A DNA stretch of 64,000 nt from the sequence record OZ317122.1. One strand, written 5' to 3'. Within the stretch, counting starts at the first letter, position 1, and every line of letters begins with the position of its first letter. Position numbers and translations under genes: made by a program. The notes under the pieces were generated by a model. It ran no database searches. It was not told the DNA's origin and was given only the letters and a program-made list of their open reading frames with translations. The stretch comes from a phage. Shown one piece after another: positions 48,725-64,000 of the stretch.

Positions 48725-51700
48725 CAGTAAAAGCACCTTCAGTCACTAGTCTCAGAATTTCCAAGTTATCCGCAAATCAGGTGCAAGTACGCTGGGATGA
48801 CGTTGGTGCTAATTTCTACTATTTTGTAGAAATCGCTGAGACAAAAACAGACTCGGGGGAAAATCTCCCGAGTGATCAATATCGTTGGATTAATTTAGGA
48901 TATACAGCAAACAATAGTTTCTTTTTTGATGATGCTGATCCACTAACATCATACATCATTAGAGTAGCTACAGCTGCACAAGATTTTGAGCAATCTGATT
49001 GGGTTTATACGGAAGAGTTTGAAACTTTTGCTACGAATGCTTACACATTTCAAAACATGATTGAAATGCAATTAGCCAATAAATTCATTCAGGAAAAATT
49101 TACTCTTAACAATTCTAATTATGTCAATTTTAATAATGACACTATAATGGCTGCATTGATGAATGAATCGTTCCAATTCAGCCCATCATATGTTGATGTT
49201 TCATCAATCAGTAATTTTATTATTGGTGAAAATGAGTATCATGAAATACAAGGTTCCATTCAGCAAGTATGTAAGGATATTAACCGAGTTTATTTGATGG
49301 AATCAGAAGGGATTCTATATCTTTTTGAGCGTTATCAACCCGTGGTTAAAGTATCTAATGATAAAGGACAAACCTGGAAAGCTGTGAAGCTCTTCAATGA
49401 CCGTGTAGGATATCCTTTATCTAAGACAGTATATTACCAATCTGCGAACACAACATACGTCCTAGGATACGACAAGATTTTCTATGGCCGTAAATCGACT
49501 GACGTTAGATGGTCAGCAGATGATGTCAGATTCAGTTCGCATGATATAACATTTGCTAAACTTGGCGACCAGTTACATTTAGGATTTGATGTAGAAATCT
49601 TTGGTACTTATGCGACTTTACCAGCGAATGTATATCGTATAGCTGAAGCCATTACTTGTACGGATGATTATATCTATGTTGTTGCCAGAGATAAAGTTAG
49701 ATATATAAAAACGAGTAATGCACCTATAGATTCTGACCCGTTATCACCAACATACTCGGAAAGACTTTTTGAACCTGATACAATGACTATAACTGGAAAT
49801 CCTAAAGCAGTATGCTATAAAATGGATTCTATCGGTGATAAAGTTTTTGCTCTTATTATTGGTGAAGTTGAAACATTAAATGCCAATCCGAGAACTTCAA
49901 AAATAATTGATTCTGCTGATAAAGGAATATATGTTTTAAATCATGACGAAAAAACATGGAAAAGAGTTTTCGGTAATACCGAAGAAGAAAGAAGACGTAT
50001 TCAACCTGGATACGCAAACATGTCAACTGACGGTAAATTAGTTTCTCTGTCTTCGAGTAATTTTAAATTTTTAAGTGATAATGTTGTTAATGACCCTGAA
50101 ACTGTAGCAAAATATCAGTTAATCGGTGCCGTTAAATATGAATTTCCTCGTGAATGGTTAGCTGATAAGCATTATCATATGATGGCATTTATAGCGGATG
50201 AAAAATCTGATTGGGAGACTTTTACTCCTCAACCAATGAAATACTACGCAGAACCGTTCTTTAATTGGTCTAAAAAATCTAACACACGCTGTTGGATAAA
50301 CAACTCTAATAGAGCTGTAGTAGTTTATGCTGATTTAAAATACACTAAAGTTATAGAAAATATTCCGGAAACATCACCAGATAGATTAGTTCATGAATAC
50401 TGGGATGATGGTGATTGTACGATAGTAATGCCAAATGTTAAATTCACGGGATTTAAAAAATATGCGTCTGGGATGCTTTTTTATAAATCTTCTGGTGAAA
50501 TAATTTCTTATTATGATTTTAACTATCGTGTGAGAGATACAGTAGAAATTATTTGGAAGCCGACTGGAGTATTTTTAAAAGCATTTTTACAAAACCAAGA
50601 GCATGAGACTCCTTGGTCGCCAGAAGAAGAGCATGGATTAGCTGACCCTGATTTAAGACCATTAATTGGCACAATGATGCCTGATTCTTATTTGTTGCAG
50701 GATTCGAATTTTGAGGCATTTTGTGAAGCATATATTCAATATCTTTCTGACGGATACGGAACTCAGTATAATAATTTACGAAATTTAATTCGTAATCAGT
50801 ATCCACGAGAAGAGCATGCGTGGGAATATTTGTGGTCAGAGATATATAAAAGAAACATTTATTTAAATGCTGACAAACGTGATGCTGTTGCAAGATTTTT
50901 TGAATCACGTAGTTATGATTTTTATTCTACTAAAGGAATTGAAGCATCATACAAATTTCTTTTTAAAGTTCTTTATAATGAAGAAGTTGAAATTGAAATT
51001 GAATCTGGAGCTGGTACTGAATATGATATAATCGTTCAATCTGATTCTTTGACTGAGGATTTAGTAGGACAAACGATTTATACAGCTACAGGAAGATGTA
51101 ATGTTACTTATATAGAAAGAAGTTATTCTAATGGTAAATTGCAATGGACCGTGACTATACATAATCTTTTGGGGCGTTTAATAGCAGGGCAAGAAGTTAA
51201 AGCAGAAAGACTTCCTAGTTTTGAAGGCGAAATTATTCGTGGGGTTAAAGGAAAGGATTTGCTTCAAAATAATATAGACTATATTAATAGAAGTCGATCA
51301 TATTATGTAATGAAAATTAAATCCAATTTACCTTCTTCTCGTTGGAAATCTGACGTTATTCGTTTTGTTCATCCAGTAGGATTTGGATTTATAGCAATCA
51401 CGCTTTTAACTATGTTTATTAATGTCGGTTTAACTCTTAAACACACAGAGACAATAATTAATAAATATAAAAACTACAAATGGGATTCTGGATTGCCTAC
51501 TGAATATGCTGATAGAGTAGCTAAATTAACTCCAACTGGCGAAATTGAACATGATTCAGTAACAGGAGAAGCAATTTATGAACCTGGCCCAATGGCTGGT
51601 GTAAAATATCCTCTTCCTGATGACTATAATGCTGAAAATAATAATTCAATATTTCAAGGTCAATTGCCTTCTGAACGACGCAAGTTAATGAGTCCTCTAT

Positions 51701-51819
51701 TTGACGCATCTGGAACAACATTTGCACAGTTTAGGGATTTAGTTAATAAACGTCTAAAAGATAATATAGGAAATCCAAGAGACCCTGAAAATCCAACACA
51801 GGTTAAAATAGATGAATGA
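48721..51819 (+). CDS. 7: baseplate wedge protein gp7
   Basis: 1032 aa, as T4 gp7. Confidence 0.85.
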   Translation: MTVKAPSVTSLRISKLSANQVQVRWDDVGANFYYFVEIAETKTDSGENLPSDQYRWINLGYTANNSFFFDDADPLTSYIIRVATAAQDFEQSDWVYTEEFETFATNAYTFQNMIEMQLANKFIQEKFTLNNSNYVNFNNDTIMAALMNESFQFSPSYVDVSSISNFIIGENEYHEIQGSIQQVCKDINRVYLMESEGILYLFERYQPVVKVSNDKGQTWKAVKLFNDRVGYPLSKTVYYQSANTTYVLGYDKIFYGRKSTDVRWSADDVRFSSHDITFAKLGDQLHLGFDVEIFGTYATLPANVYRIAEAITCTDDYIYVVARDKVRYIKTSNAPIDSDPLSPTYSERLFEPDTMTITGNPKAVCYKMDSIGDKVFALIIGEVETLNANPRTSKIIDSADKGIYVLNHDEKTWKRVFGNTEEERRRIQPGYANMSTDGKLVSLSSSNFKFLSDNVVNDPETVAKYQLIGAVKYEFPREWLADKHYHMMAFIADEKSDWETFTPQPMKYYAEPFFNWSKKSNTRCWINNSNRAVVVYADLKYTKVIENIPETSPDRLVHEYWDDGDCTIVMPNVKFTGFKKYASGMLFYKSSGEIISYYDFNYRVRDTVEIIWKPTGVFLKAFLQNQEHETPWSPEEEHGLADPDLRPLIGTMMPDSYLLQDSNFEAFCEAYIQYLSDGYGTQYNNLRNLIRNQYPREEHAWEYLWSEIYKRNIYLNADKRDAVARFFESRSYDFYSTKGIEASYKFLFKVLYNEEVEIEIESGAGTEYDIIVQSDSLTEDLVGQTIYTATGRCNVTYIERSYSNGKLQWTVTIHNLLGRLIAGQEVKAERLPSFEGEIIRGVKGKDLLQNNIDYINRSRSYYVMKIKSNLPSSRWKSDVIRFVHPVGFGFIAITLLTMFINVGLTLKHTETIINKYKNYKWDSGLPTEYADRVAKLTPTGEIEHDSVTGEAIYEPGPMAGVKYPLPDDYNAENNNSIFQGQLPSERRKLMSPLFDASGTTFAQFRDLVNKRLKDNIGNPRDPENPTQVKIDE

Positions 51820-52816
51820 TTCAAGTGTTATCTATCGTGCGATAGTTACTTCAAAATTTAGAACAGAAAAAATGTTGAATTTTTATAATTCAATTGGGAG
51901 TGGTCCGGATAAAAACACTATCTTTATCACATTTGGAAGATCAGAACCGTGGTCATCAAATGAAAATGAGGTGGGCTTTGCCCCACCTTATCCAACCGAT
52001 TCTGTATTAGGCGTAACTGACATGTGGACGCATATGATGGGAACAGTAAAAGTTCTTCCATCAATGCTTGATGCTGTTATTCCTCGCAGAGATTGGGGAG
52101 ATACTAGATATCCGGATCCATACACATTTAGAATTAACGATATTGTAGTGTGTAACTCAGCTCCTTACAACGCTACTGAATCAGGCGCAGGCTGGTTAGT
52201 ATATCGTTGTTTAGATGTTCCTGATACCGGAATGTGTTCAATAGCATCTTTAACTAATAAGGATGAATGCCTCAAATTAGGCGGAAAATGGACTCCTTCT
52301 GTTAGGTCAATGACTCCTCCTGAAGGTCGAGGAGATGCGGAAGGAACAATCGAACCTGGAGACGGATATGTTTGGGAATATCTTTTTGAGATTCCGCCCG
52401 ATGTATCTATAAATAGATGCACAAATGAATATATCGTAGTTCCTTGGCCTGAGGAATTAAAAGAAGACCCAACTAGATGGGGGTATGAAGATAATCTCAC
52501 TTGGCAGCAAGATGATTTTGGGTTAATTTATCGTGTTAAAGCTAATACAATTCGTTTTAAAGCATATTTAGATTCAGTTTATTTTCCTGAAGCTGCATTG
52601 CCGGGAAATAAAGGATTTAGACAAATATCAATAATCACGAATCCTCTTGAAGCTAAAGTTCATCCAAATGATCCAAACGTTAAAGCTGAAAAGGATTATT
52701 ATGATCCAGAAGATTTAATGAGGCATTCGGGCGAAATGATTTATATGGAAAATAGGCCACCTATTATCATGGCAATGGATCAGACAGAAGAAATCAATAT
52801 TCTGTTTACATTTTAA
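51812..52816 (+). CDS. 8: baseplate wedge protein gp8
   Basis: 334 aa, as T4 gp8. Confidence 0.85.
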   Translation: MNDSSVIYRAIVTSKFRTEKMLNFYNSIGSGPDKNTIFITFGRSEPWSSNENEVGFAPPYPTDSVLGVTDMWTHMMGTVKVLPSMLDAVIPRRDWGDTRYPDPYTFRINDIVVCNSAPYNATESGAGWLVYRCLDVPDTGMCSIASLTNKDECLKLGGKWTPSVRSMTPPEGRGDAEGTIEPGDGYVWEYLFEIPPDVSINRCTNEYIVVPWPEELKEDPTRWGYEDNLTWQQDDFGLIYRVKANTIRFKAYLDSVYFPEAALPGNKGFRQISIITNPLEAKVHPNDPNVKAEKDYYDPEDLMRHSGEMIYMENRPPIIMAMDQTEEINILFTF

Positions 52817-52823
52817 ATTAAGG

Positions 52824-52846
52824 GAGCCCATGGGCTCCCTTTTTCT
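52824..52846 (+). terminator. rho-independent terminator after gene 8
   Basis: gggagcccatgggctccc followed by TTTTT. Confidence 0.65.
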
Positions 52847-52847
52847 T

Positions 52848-52855
52848 TATAAATA
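52848..52855 (+). promoter_or_regulatory. late promoter TATAAATA for gene 9
   Basis: Exact TATAAATA about 25 nt upstream of gene 9 ATG. Confidence 0.6.
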
Positions 52856-52879
52856 CTATAAACTCATAAGGAAACCGCT

Positions 52880-53746
52880 ATGTTCATTCAAGAACCAAAG
52901 AAATTGATTGATACCGGCGAAATTGGTAACGCTTCTACTGGTGATATCTTATTCGACGGTGGTAATAAAATTAATAGTGATTTTAACGCAATTTATAATG
53001 CGTTTGGCGATCAGCGTAAAATGGCAGTAGCAAATGGCACTGGAGCAGATGGTCAAATTATCCATGCTACTGGATATTATCAAAAGCACTCTATCGCGGA
53101 GTACGCAACTCCAGTGAAAGTTGGCACTAGACATGATATTGATACCTCTACTGTAGGTGTTAAAGTTATTATTGAAAGAGGAGAACTTGGCGATTGTGTT
53201 GAATTCATTAACTCTAATGGATCAATATCAGTTACTAATCCTTTAACGATTCAGGCTATTGATTCAATTAAAGGCGTTTCAGGTAATTTAGTAGTAACTA
53301 GTCCATATAGTAAAGTTACTTTACGTTGTATTTCATCTGATAATTCTACGTCGGTTTGGAATTATTCTATTGAAAGTATGTTTGGTCAAAAGGAATCACC
53401 GGCCGAAGGTACATGGAATATTTCTACATCTGGGTCAGTTGACATTCCATTGTTTCATCGTACTGAATATAACATGGCTAAATTGTTAGTTACATGCCAA
53501 TCAGTAGATGGAAGAAAAATTAAAACGGCAGAAATAAATATTCTTGTAGATACTGTTAATTCAGCGGTCATTTCTTCTGAATATGCTGTCATGCGGGTTG
53601 GAAATGAAACAGAAGAAGACGAAATCGCTAATATTGCATTTAGTATTAAAGAAAATTATGTAACGGCAACTATAAGTTCTTCAACTGTCGGTATGAGAGC
53701 AGCAGTTAAAGTTATCGCTACGCAGAAAATCGGGGTGGCTCAATAA
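52880..53746 (+). CDS. 9: long-tail-fibre attachment protein gp9
   Basis: 288 aa; MFIQEPKKLIDTGEIGNASTGDILFDGGNKINSDF matches remembered T4 gp9. Confidence 0.85.
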   Translation: MFIQEPKKLIDTGEIGNASTGDILFDGGNKINSDFNAIYNAFGDQRKMAVANGTGADGQIIHATGYYQKHSIAEYATPVKVGTRHDIDTSTVGVKVIIERGELGDCVEFINSNGSISVTNPLTIQAIDSIKGVSGNLVVTSPYSKVTLRCISSDNSTSVWNYSIESMFGQKESPAEGTWNISTSGSVDIPLFHRTEYNMAKLLVTCQSVDGRKIKTAEINILVDTVNSAVISSEYAVMRVGNETEEDEIANIAFSIKENYVTATISSSTVGMRAAVKVIATQKIGVAQ

Positions 53747-55551
53747 TGAAACAAAATATTAATATCGGTAATGTTGTTGATGATGGTACCGGTGACTACC
53801 TGCGTAAAGGTGGTATAAAAATAAATGAAAACTTTGATGAACTTTATTATGAACTTGGCGATGGAGATGTTCCATATTCAGCCGGTGCCTGGAAAACTTA
53901 TAATGCTTCATCCGGTCAAACATTAAAAGCTAAGTGGGGAAAATCATACGCTATTAATACCTCTTCTGGAAGAGTAACTTTACAACTTCCTAAAGGAACT
54001 GTTAATGATTATAATAAAGTAATTAGAGCTAGGGATGTATTTGCAACATGGAACATTAATCCAGTTACTTTAGTAGCTGCTTCTGGGGATACAATTAAAG
54101 GGTCGTCATCGTCAGTTGAAATTAATATTCAATTTAGTGATTTAGAGCTCGTTTATTGTGCTCCAGGACGTTGGGAATATGTCAAAAACAAACAAATTGA
54201 CAAAATTATTAGTTCAGATATTAGTAATGTAGCACGTAAAGAATTTTTAGTCGAAGTTCAAGGACAAACAGACTTTTTAGATGTTTTCCGCGGAACTAGC
54301 TATAATGTTAATAACATCCGAGTAAAACACCGCGGTAATGAATTATATTATGGCGATGTATTTAGTGAAAACAGTGACTTTGGCTCTCCTGGGGAAAATG
54401 AAGGAGAATTGATTCCTCTTGATGGATTTAATATTAGGTTAAGACAGCCTTGTAATATTGGTGACACTGTTCAAATTGAAACATTTATGGATGGTATATC
54501 ACAATGGAGAAGTTCATATACAAGACGCCAAATAAAAGTATTAGATTCAAAATTAACGTCAAAAACTTCTTTAGAAGGAAGTATTTACGTTACTGATTTA
54601 TCAACAATGAAATCAATTCCATTCTCTGCATTTGGATTAATTCCTGGAGAACCTATTAATCCTAATTCTCTTGAAGTTCGTTTTAATGGAATTTTACAAC
54701 AACAAGCTGGAACAGCAGGATATCCTCTGTTTTTGTGTGAAGGAGCTAGTTCAGATACACAAGAAGGTTGTATATCTCTTGGTGGTGAATGGAAAGAATC
54801 AAACACAGATTATTCTATAGAATATGAAGATGGAAAACCTACCAGTCTTTTATTTGATAGAAAATTTGAATCAGGCGATATAATCGTTATAACGTGGTTC
54901 AATAATGATTTAGGAACTCTTTTAGAAAAAGATGACATTATTGAATTAACGGATGACCGTTATGTTAGCAAAGGATCATCTACCGAAGTTACTGGTGATG
55001 TAGCCTTAACGGATTTTGATAAAATCGGTTGGCCAAATGTTGAAAAAGTTGATTCTTATACTAGAACGTATAATTCAATATCATCTATTTTCGATAGCAT
55101 TTATCCTGTAGGTTCAATTTATGAAAATGCTATAAATCCAAATAATCCGGCGACTTATATGGGATTTGGTTCATGGAAATTATTTGGTAAAGGACAGGTT
55201 TTAGTAGGATGGAATGATGATGTTACGGATCCAAACTTTGCTTTAAACAATAATGATTTAGATTCTAGCGGAAATCCTTCACATACTGCCGGTGGAACAG
55301 TTGGAACAACAACAGTGACACTTGAGAATGCAAATCTTCCTGCAACTAAAACCGACGAAAGAGTTTTAATTGAAGACGAAAACGGATCAGCTATTATTGG
55401 AGGTTGCCAATATGACCCAGATGAAACTGGTCCTATATATACAAAATATCGTGAAGACTACGCAACAACAAACTCTTCACATACTCCTCCTGCTAATATT
55501 AGTAATATTCAACCGTCTATTACTGTATACCGTTGGATAAGGATTGCATAA
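53746..55551 (+). CDS. 10: baseplate wedge/short-fibre attachment protein gp10
   Basis: 601 aa (T4 gp10 is 602); synteny. Confidence 0.8.
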   Translation: MKQNINIGNVVDDGTGDYLRKGGIKINENFDELYYELGDGDVPYSAGAWKTYNASSGQTLKAKWGKSYAINTSSGRVTLQLPKGTVNDYNKVIRARDVFATWNINPVTLVAASGDTIKGSSSSVEINIQFSDLELVYCAPGRWEYVKNKQIDKIISSDISNVARKEFLVEVQGQTDFLDVFRGTSYNVNNIRVKHRGNELYYGDVFSENSDFGSPGENEGELIPLDGFNIRLRQPCNIGDTVQIETFMDGISQWRSSYTRRQIKVLDSKLTSKTSLEGSIYVTDLSTMKSIPFSAFGLIPGEPINPNSLEVRFNGILQQQAGTAGYPLFLCEGASSDTQEGCISLGGEWKESNTDYSIEYEDGKPTSLLFDRKFESGDIIVITWFNNDLGTLLEKDDIIELTDDRYVSKGSSTEVTGDVALTDFDKIGWPNVEKVDSYTRTYNSISSIFDSIYPVGSIYENAINPNNPATYMGFGSWKLFGKGQVLVGWNDDVTDPNFALNNNDLDSSGNPSHTAGGTVGTTTVTLENANLPATKTDERVLIEDENGSAIIGGCQYDPDETGPIYTKYREDYATTNSSHTPPANISNIQPSITVYRWIRIA

Positions 55552-56210
55552 TGAGTTTACTTAATAATAAAGCGGGAGTTATTTCCCGCTTAGCAGATTT
55601 TCTTGGTTTTAGAACTAAGAAAAATGATATTTCGGTTATGAATAATCAGCCAGTAGGCGCTGTAACAATTTCACAAATAGCAAAAGGTTTTTATGACCCA
55701 AATGTAGAATCTGCTATCAATGATGTTAGAAATATGGCAGAGCAACAGGTTGGAGCTGTATTAGTTAATATAAGCGGCGTATCTCCTACTGGCGTGCAAC
55801 AAACAGACTATTGGTCATTTGAAGGAACCGTTACTGATACTTCAGTCAAATCAGGTGACCCAGTTATTGTTAACATGTTTGGTATTCCAGTTAAAGCTAC
55901 TAATGGAATGACTTCAATTGAATTTACTAGTGCCGTTAGAATAGCTCTACAGGAAATGGTTGTAAAATTTATTGCAATTGATTCATTTGAAGACCATCCT
56001 ACCATAGGAAATAAAATACAAGTTAAGTATTTAGATAACCAAGAACATATCTTAGAACAATACTCTGATAAAGGAATTACTTTCAAACAGGAAATAATTT
56101 CTCCTTCTAAACCTGGGTATGGAACTTGGCAATTATTAGGTGCGCAAACTGTTACGCTAGATAGTCACACACAACCTACAGTATTTTATTATTTTGAGAG
56201 AGTAGCATGA
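55551..56210 (+). CDS. 11: baseplate wedge protein gp11
   Basis: Start moved to ATG 55551 overlapping gene 10 stop; 219 aa as T4 gp11. Confidence 0.8.
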   Translation: MSLLNNKAGVISRLADFLGFRTKKNDISVMNNQPVGAVTISQIAKGFYDPNVESAINDVRNMAEQQVGAVLVNISGVSPTGVQQTDYWSFEGTVTDTSVKSGDPVIVNMFGIPVKATNGMTSIEFTSAVRIALQEMVVKFIAIDSFEDHPTIGNKIQVKYLDNQEHILEQYSDKGITFKQEIISPSKPGYGTWQLLGAQTVTLDSHTQPTVFYYFERVA

Positions 56211-57757
56211 GTAACAATACATATCAGCACGTATCAAATGAATCAAAATATGTTAAATTCGATCCTACTGGATCGAATTTTCCTGGCACTGTTACGACAG
56301 TACAGTCTGCATTATCAAAAATAAGTAATATCGGCGTAAATGGTATTCCTGATGCAACTATGGAAGTTAAAGGAATAGCAATGATTGCGTCAGAGCAAGA
56401 GGTTTTAGATGGAACTAATAATTCTAAAATCGTTACACCAGCTACATTAGCAACAAGATTATTGTATCCAAATGCTACTGAAACTAAATATGGTTTAACG
56501 CGTTATTCAACAAATGAAGAAACATTAAAAGGCTCAGATAATAATTCATCAATAACACCACAAAAACTGAAATACCACACTGACGATGTGTTCAAAAATA
56601 GATATTCGTCTGAGTCATCAAACGGGGTTATTAAAATATCATCTACACCTGCAGCTTTGGCTGGAGTTGATGATACTACTGCGATGACTCCGCTAAAAAC
56701 CCAAAAACTTGCAATAAAATTAATTTCGCAAATAGCTCCTTCAGAAGACACTGCAACAGAATCGGTGAGAGGAGTAGTTCAATTATCTACTGTTGCACAA
56801 ATTCGTCAAGGAACTCTCCGCGAAGGATATGCAATTTCCCCGTATACCTTTATGAATTCTGTTGCAACACATGAATATAAGGGTGTTATACGCCTAGGAA
56901 CGCAGACTGAAATTAATAATAATTTGGGTGGTGTTGCAGTAACAGGTGAAACACTAAATGGTCGAGGAGCTACCGGTTCTATGCGTGGAGTAGTTAAATT
57001 AACGACGCAAGCCGGTATTGCCCCTGAAGGTGATAGCTCTGGAGCATTAGCATGGAACGCAGATGTAATTAATACTCGTGGTGGACAAACTATTAATGGT
57101 TCTTTAAATTTAGACCATCTTACAGCAAATGGAATTTGGTCACGCGGTGGAATGTGGAAAAATGGCGATCAACCTGTTGCCACTGAAAGATATGCGTCCG
57201 AACGAGTTCCGGTTGGAACTATTATGATGTTTGCGGGTGATTCAGCACCTCCAGGTTGGATTATGTGTCATGGTGGAACCGTGTCAGGTGACCAATTTCC
57301 TGATTATAGAAACGTAGTTGGAACAAGATTTGGTGGCGATTGGAATAATCCTGGCGTTCCTGATATGCGGGGTCTTTTCGTCAGAGGAGCCGGCACAGGC
57401 GGTCATATTTTAAATCAACGTGGACAAGATGGCTATGGAAAGGATAGACTGGGCGTAGGATGTGACGGAATGCATGTTGGTGGTGTTCAGGCACAACAAA
57501 TGTCATACCATAAACATGCTGGTGGTTGGGGTGAATATAACAGAAGTGAAGGCCCATTTGGCGCGTCAGTTTATCAAGGATATCTTGGAACTAGAAAATA
57601 TTCCGACTGGGATAATGCTTCATACTTCACTAATGATGGATTTGAATTAGGTGGACCGAGAGATGCTCATGGTACACTTAATCGTGAAGGATTAATTGGT
57701 TATGAAACTAGACCATGGAATATATCATTAAACTATATTATTAAAGTTCATTACTAA
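56207..57757 (+). CDS. 12: short tail fibre gp12
   Basis: 516 aa; position and N-terminus [13 protein letters not shown] as T4 gp12. Confidence 0.8.
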   Translation: MSNNTYQHVSNESKYVKFDPTGSNFPGTVTTVQSALSKISNIGVNGIPDATMEVKGIAMIASEQEVLDGTNNSKIVTPATLATRLLYPNATETKYGLTRYSTNEETLKGSDNNSSITPQKLKYHTDDVFKNRYSSESSNGVIKISSTPAALAGVDDTTAMTPLKTQKLAIKLISQIAPSEDTATESVRGVVQLSTVAQIRQGTLREGYAISPYTFMNSVATHEYKGVIRLGTQTEINNNLGGVAVTGETLNGRGATGSMRGVVKLTTQAGIAPEGDSSGALAWNADVINTRGGQTINGSLNLDHLTANGIWSRGGMWKNGDQPVATERYASERVPVGTIMMFAGDSAPPGWIMCHGGTVSGDQFPDYRNVVGTRFGGDWNNPGVPDMRGLFVRGAGTGGHILNQRGQDGYGKDRLGVGCDGMHVGGVQAQQMSYHKHAGGWGEYNRSEGPFGASVYQGYLGTRKYSDWDNASYFTNDGFELGGPRDAHGTLNREGLIGYETRPWNISLNYIIKVHY

Positions 57758-57766
57758 GGATTACAA

Positions 57767-59224
57767 ATGATTGAATTAAAAGAGTTACCTTTTGTTGATA
57801 GCGTTCCTGACGAAGGTCAGGAACGTATTTCATGGATTAAAAATGGTGAAGAAATATTAGGAGCTAGTACTAAGTATGGAAATGATGGATCAATGAATAG
57901 ACCAATTGTTTCCGTGTTTAAAAACGTCGAAGTTCTTGATGAAAATGTGGGAATTCTTAAAACTGCCATTGAAACATCACAGAAAGATATTAAAACAATT
58001 CAAGGAGTTTTAGATGTATCAGGAGATATAGAAGCACTATCGCAGATCAGTGTTAATAAAAATGACATATCAAATTTAAAGACACTTACTAATGAACACA
58101 CTGATATATTAACTGGAACTAATAATACAGTTGACAAAATTATTGCTGATATAGGTCCATTTAATGATGAAGAAAACTCTGTTTATAGAACAATTAGAAA
58201 TGATTTATTGTGGATTAAACAAGAACTAGGGCAATATTCTGGCCAAGACATTAACGGTCTTCCTGTTGTTGGTAATGCTAGCACAGGAATGAAACATAGA
58301 ATAATAACAAATAGTACATTATTATCTTCACAAGGCATTCGTTTAAGTGAATTAGAAAATAAATTTACTGAATCTGACGTAGGATCATTGACGGTTGAAG
58401 TTGGTAAATTACGCGATGAACTTGGTAATAAACCAGTAGATTTTGGACCAAATATTTATAATAGATTAAACACTATAGATGATAAACAAACTTTAATAAA
58501 TTCTGATATAGCAGAAATTAAATCTTCTATTGGATACCCAGAAAATGTTTCTATAATAACAGAAATTAATAATAACAAAAGTAGCATTGAATCTATTAAT
58601 AATGAATTAAATCAGAGTGAAGGTGTTAAACAGCGCTTAACGGCTATTGAAACTTCTATAGGTTCAGATGATATTCCTTCTAGTATTAAAGGAAAAATTA
58701 AAAATCACACAACTTCTATTGAGTCTTTAAACGGAATTGTTGGTGAAAACACTTCGTCTGGTTTAAGAGCGAATGTTTCGTGGTTAAATCAAATTGTTGG
58801 AACTGACTCCAGCGGAGGACAACCGTCTCCTTCTGGATCTCTATTAAATAAAGTTTCAGTGCTTGAAGGAGAAGTTTCAGTTTTAAACAATAATGTTCAA
58901 AATATACAAGTTGAAATAGGAAATAATAGAACAGGAATTAAAGGTCAAGTTATTGAACTTACTTCACTTATAAATGGAAATAATCCTGACGGATCAACTG
59001 TTGAAGAACGAGGATTAACTAATTCTATAAAAACGAATGAAACTAACATTGCGGCAGTCACGCATGAAGTAAATACAGCTAAAGACAATATATCCTCTTT
59101 ACAGAGCAGCGTTCAAGCTCTACAAGAAGCGGGTTATATTCCTGAAGCTCCAAAAGATGGCCAAGCTTACGTTCGTAAAGACGGCGAATGGGTACTACTT
59201 TCTACCTTTTTATCACCAGCATAA
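57767..59224 (+). CDS. wac: fibritin (whisker) Wac
   Basis: Coiled-coil repeats and C-terminal foldon [27 protein letters not shown]. Confidence 0.9.
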   Translation: MIELKELPFVDSVPDEGQERISWIKNGEEILGASTKYGNDGSMNRPIVSVFKNVEVLDENVGILKTAIETSQKDIKTIQGVLDVSGDIEALSQISVNKNDISNLKTLTNEHTDILTGTNNTVDKIIADIGPFNDEENSVYRTIRNDLLWIKQELGQYSGQDINGLPVVGNASTGMKHRIITNSTLLSSQGIRLSELENKFTESDVGSLTVEVGKLRDELGNKPVDFGPNIYNRLNTIDDKQTLINSDIAEIKSSIGYPENVSIITEINNNKSSIESINNELNQSEGVKQRLTAIETSIGSDDIPSSIKGKIKNHTTSIESLNGIVGENTSSGLRANVSWLNQIVGTDSSGGQPSPSGSLLNKVSVLEGEVSVLNNNVQNIQVEIGNNRTGIKGQVIELTSLINGNNPDGSTVEERGLTNSIKTNETNIAAVTHEVNTAKDNISSLQSSVQALQEAGYIPEAPKDGQAYVRKDGEWVLLSTFLSPA

Positions 59225-59227
59225 CAT

Positions 59228-59247
59228 GGGGCCGCAAGGCCCCAAAG
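59228..59247 (+). terminator. hairpin after wac
   Basis: ggggccgcaaggcccc followed by a weak T-run. Confidence 0.45.
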
Positions 59248-59255
59248 GATTTTAA

Positions 59256-60957
<1,702 letters not shown>

Positions 60958-60998
60958 TAAATATTATAAACTAATTAAAGCCCAGATTAGGAGAAATC

Positions 60999-64000
<3,002 letters not shown>

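Noticed and set aside
44434-56751. Minus-strand ORFs inside late structural genes (44434..44718, 50549..50908, 52165..52500, 55808..56086 and others)
   Set aside because: Embedded antisense frames within long, well-supported plus-strand morphogenesis genes

Overview
This window reads as a T4-like (Tequatrovirus-type) myovirus genome segment, recognised from protein sequences and gene order; no database search was run. From 1 to about 43.6 kb, early and middle genes lie on the minus strand: the start of gene 45, rpbA-like, 46, 47, a-gt, 55, nrdH/nrdG/nrdD, 49, pin-like, nrdC, a block of uncharacterised genes, rI, tk, regB, denV, e (lysozyme), nudE, a 9-tRNA cluster, internal-protein-like genes, 57B, 57A, 1, 3, 2 and 4. 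These are punctuated by repeated T4-type early promoter motifs and GC-rich hairpin terminators. From 43.6 kb to the end, late morphogenesis genes lie on the plus strand (53, 5, 5.1, 5.4, 6-12, wac, 13-16 and the start of 17), with TATAAATA late promoters. The strongest anomalies are: (1) nrdD is split by a perfect 55-bp tandem duplication; (2) three internal-protein-like genes with capsid-targeting leaders, one in a cassette bounded by near-identical terminators; (3) an uncharacterised nucleotidyltransferase-fold gene next to a P-loop ATPase gene; (4) a tandem family of four coiled-coil-tailed paralogs; (5) a tRNA set differing from my recollection of T4 (Tyr and Asn present, Gln absent); (6) two freestanding HNH endonucleases; (7) probable anti-CBASS genes 57B (Acb1-like) and a vs.4-position gene (Acb2-like candidate). 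The ORF track accepts TTG/GTG starts, so several starts were moved to the nearest ATG with a ribosome-binding site; all starts remain approximate.
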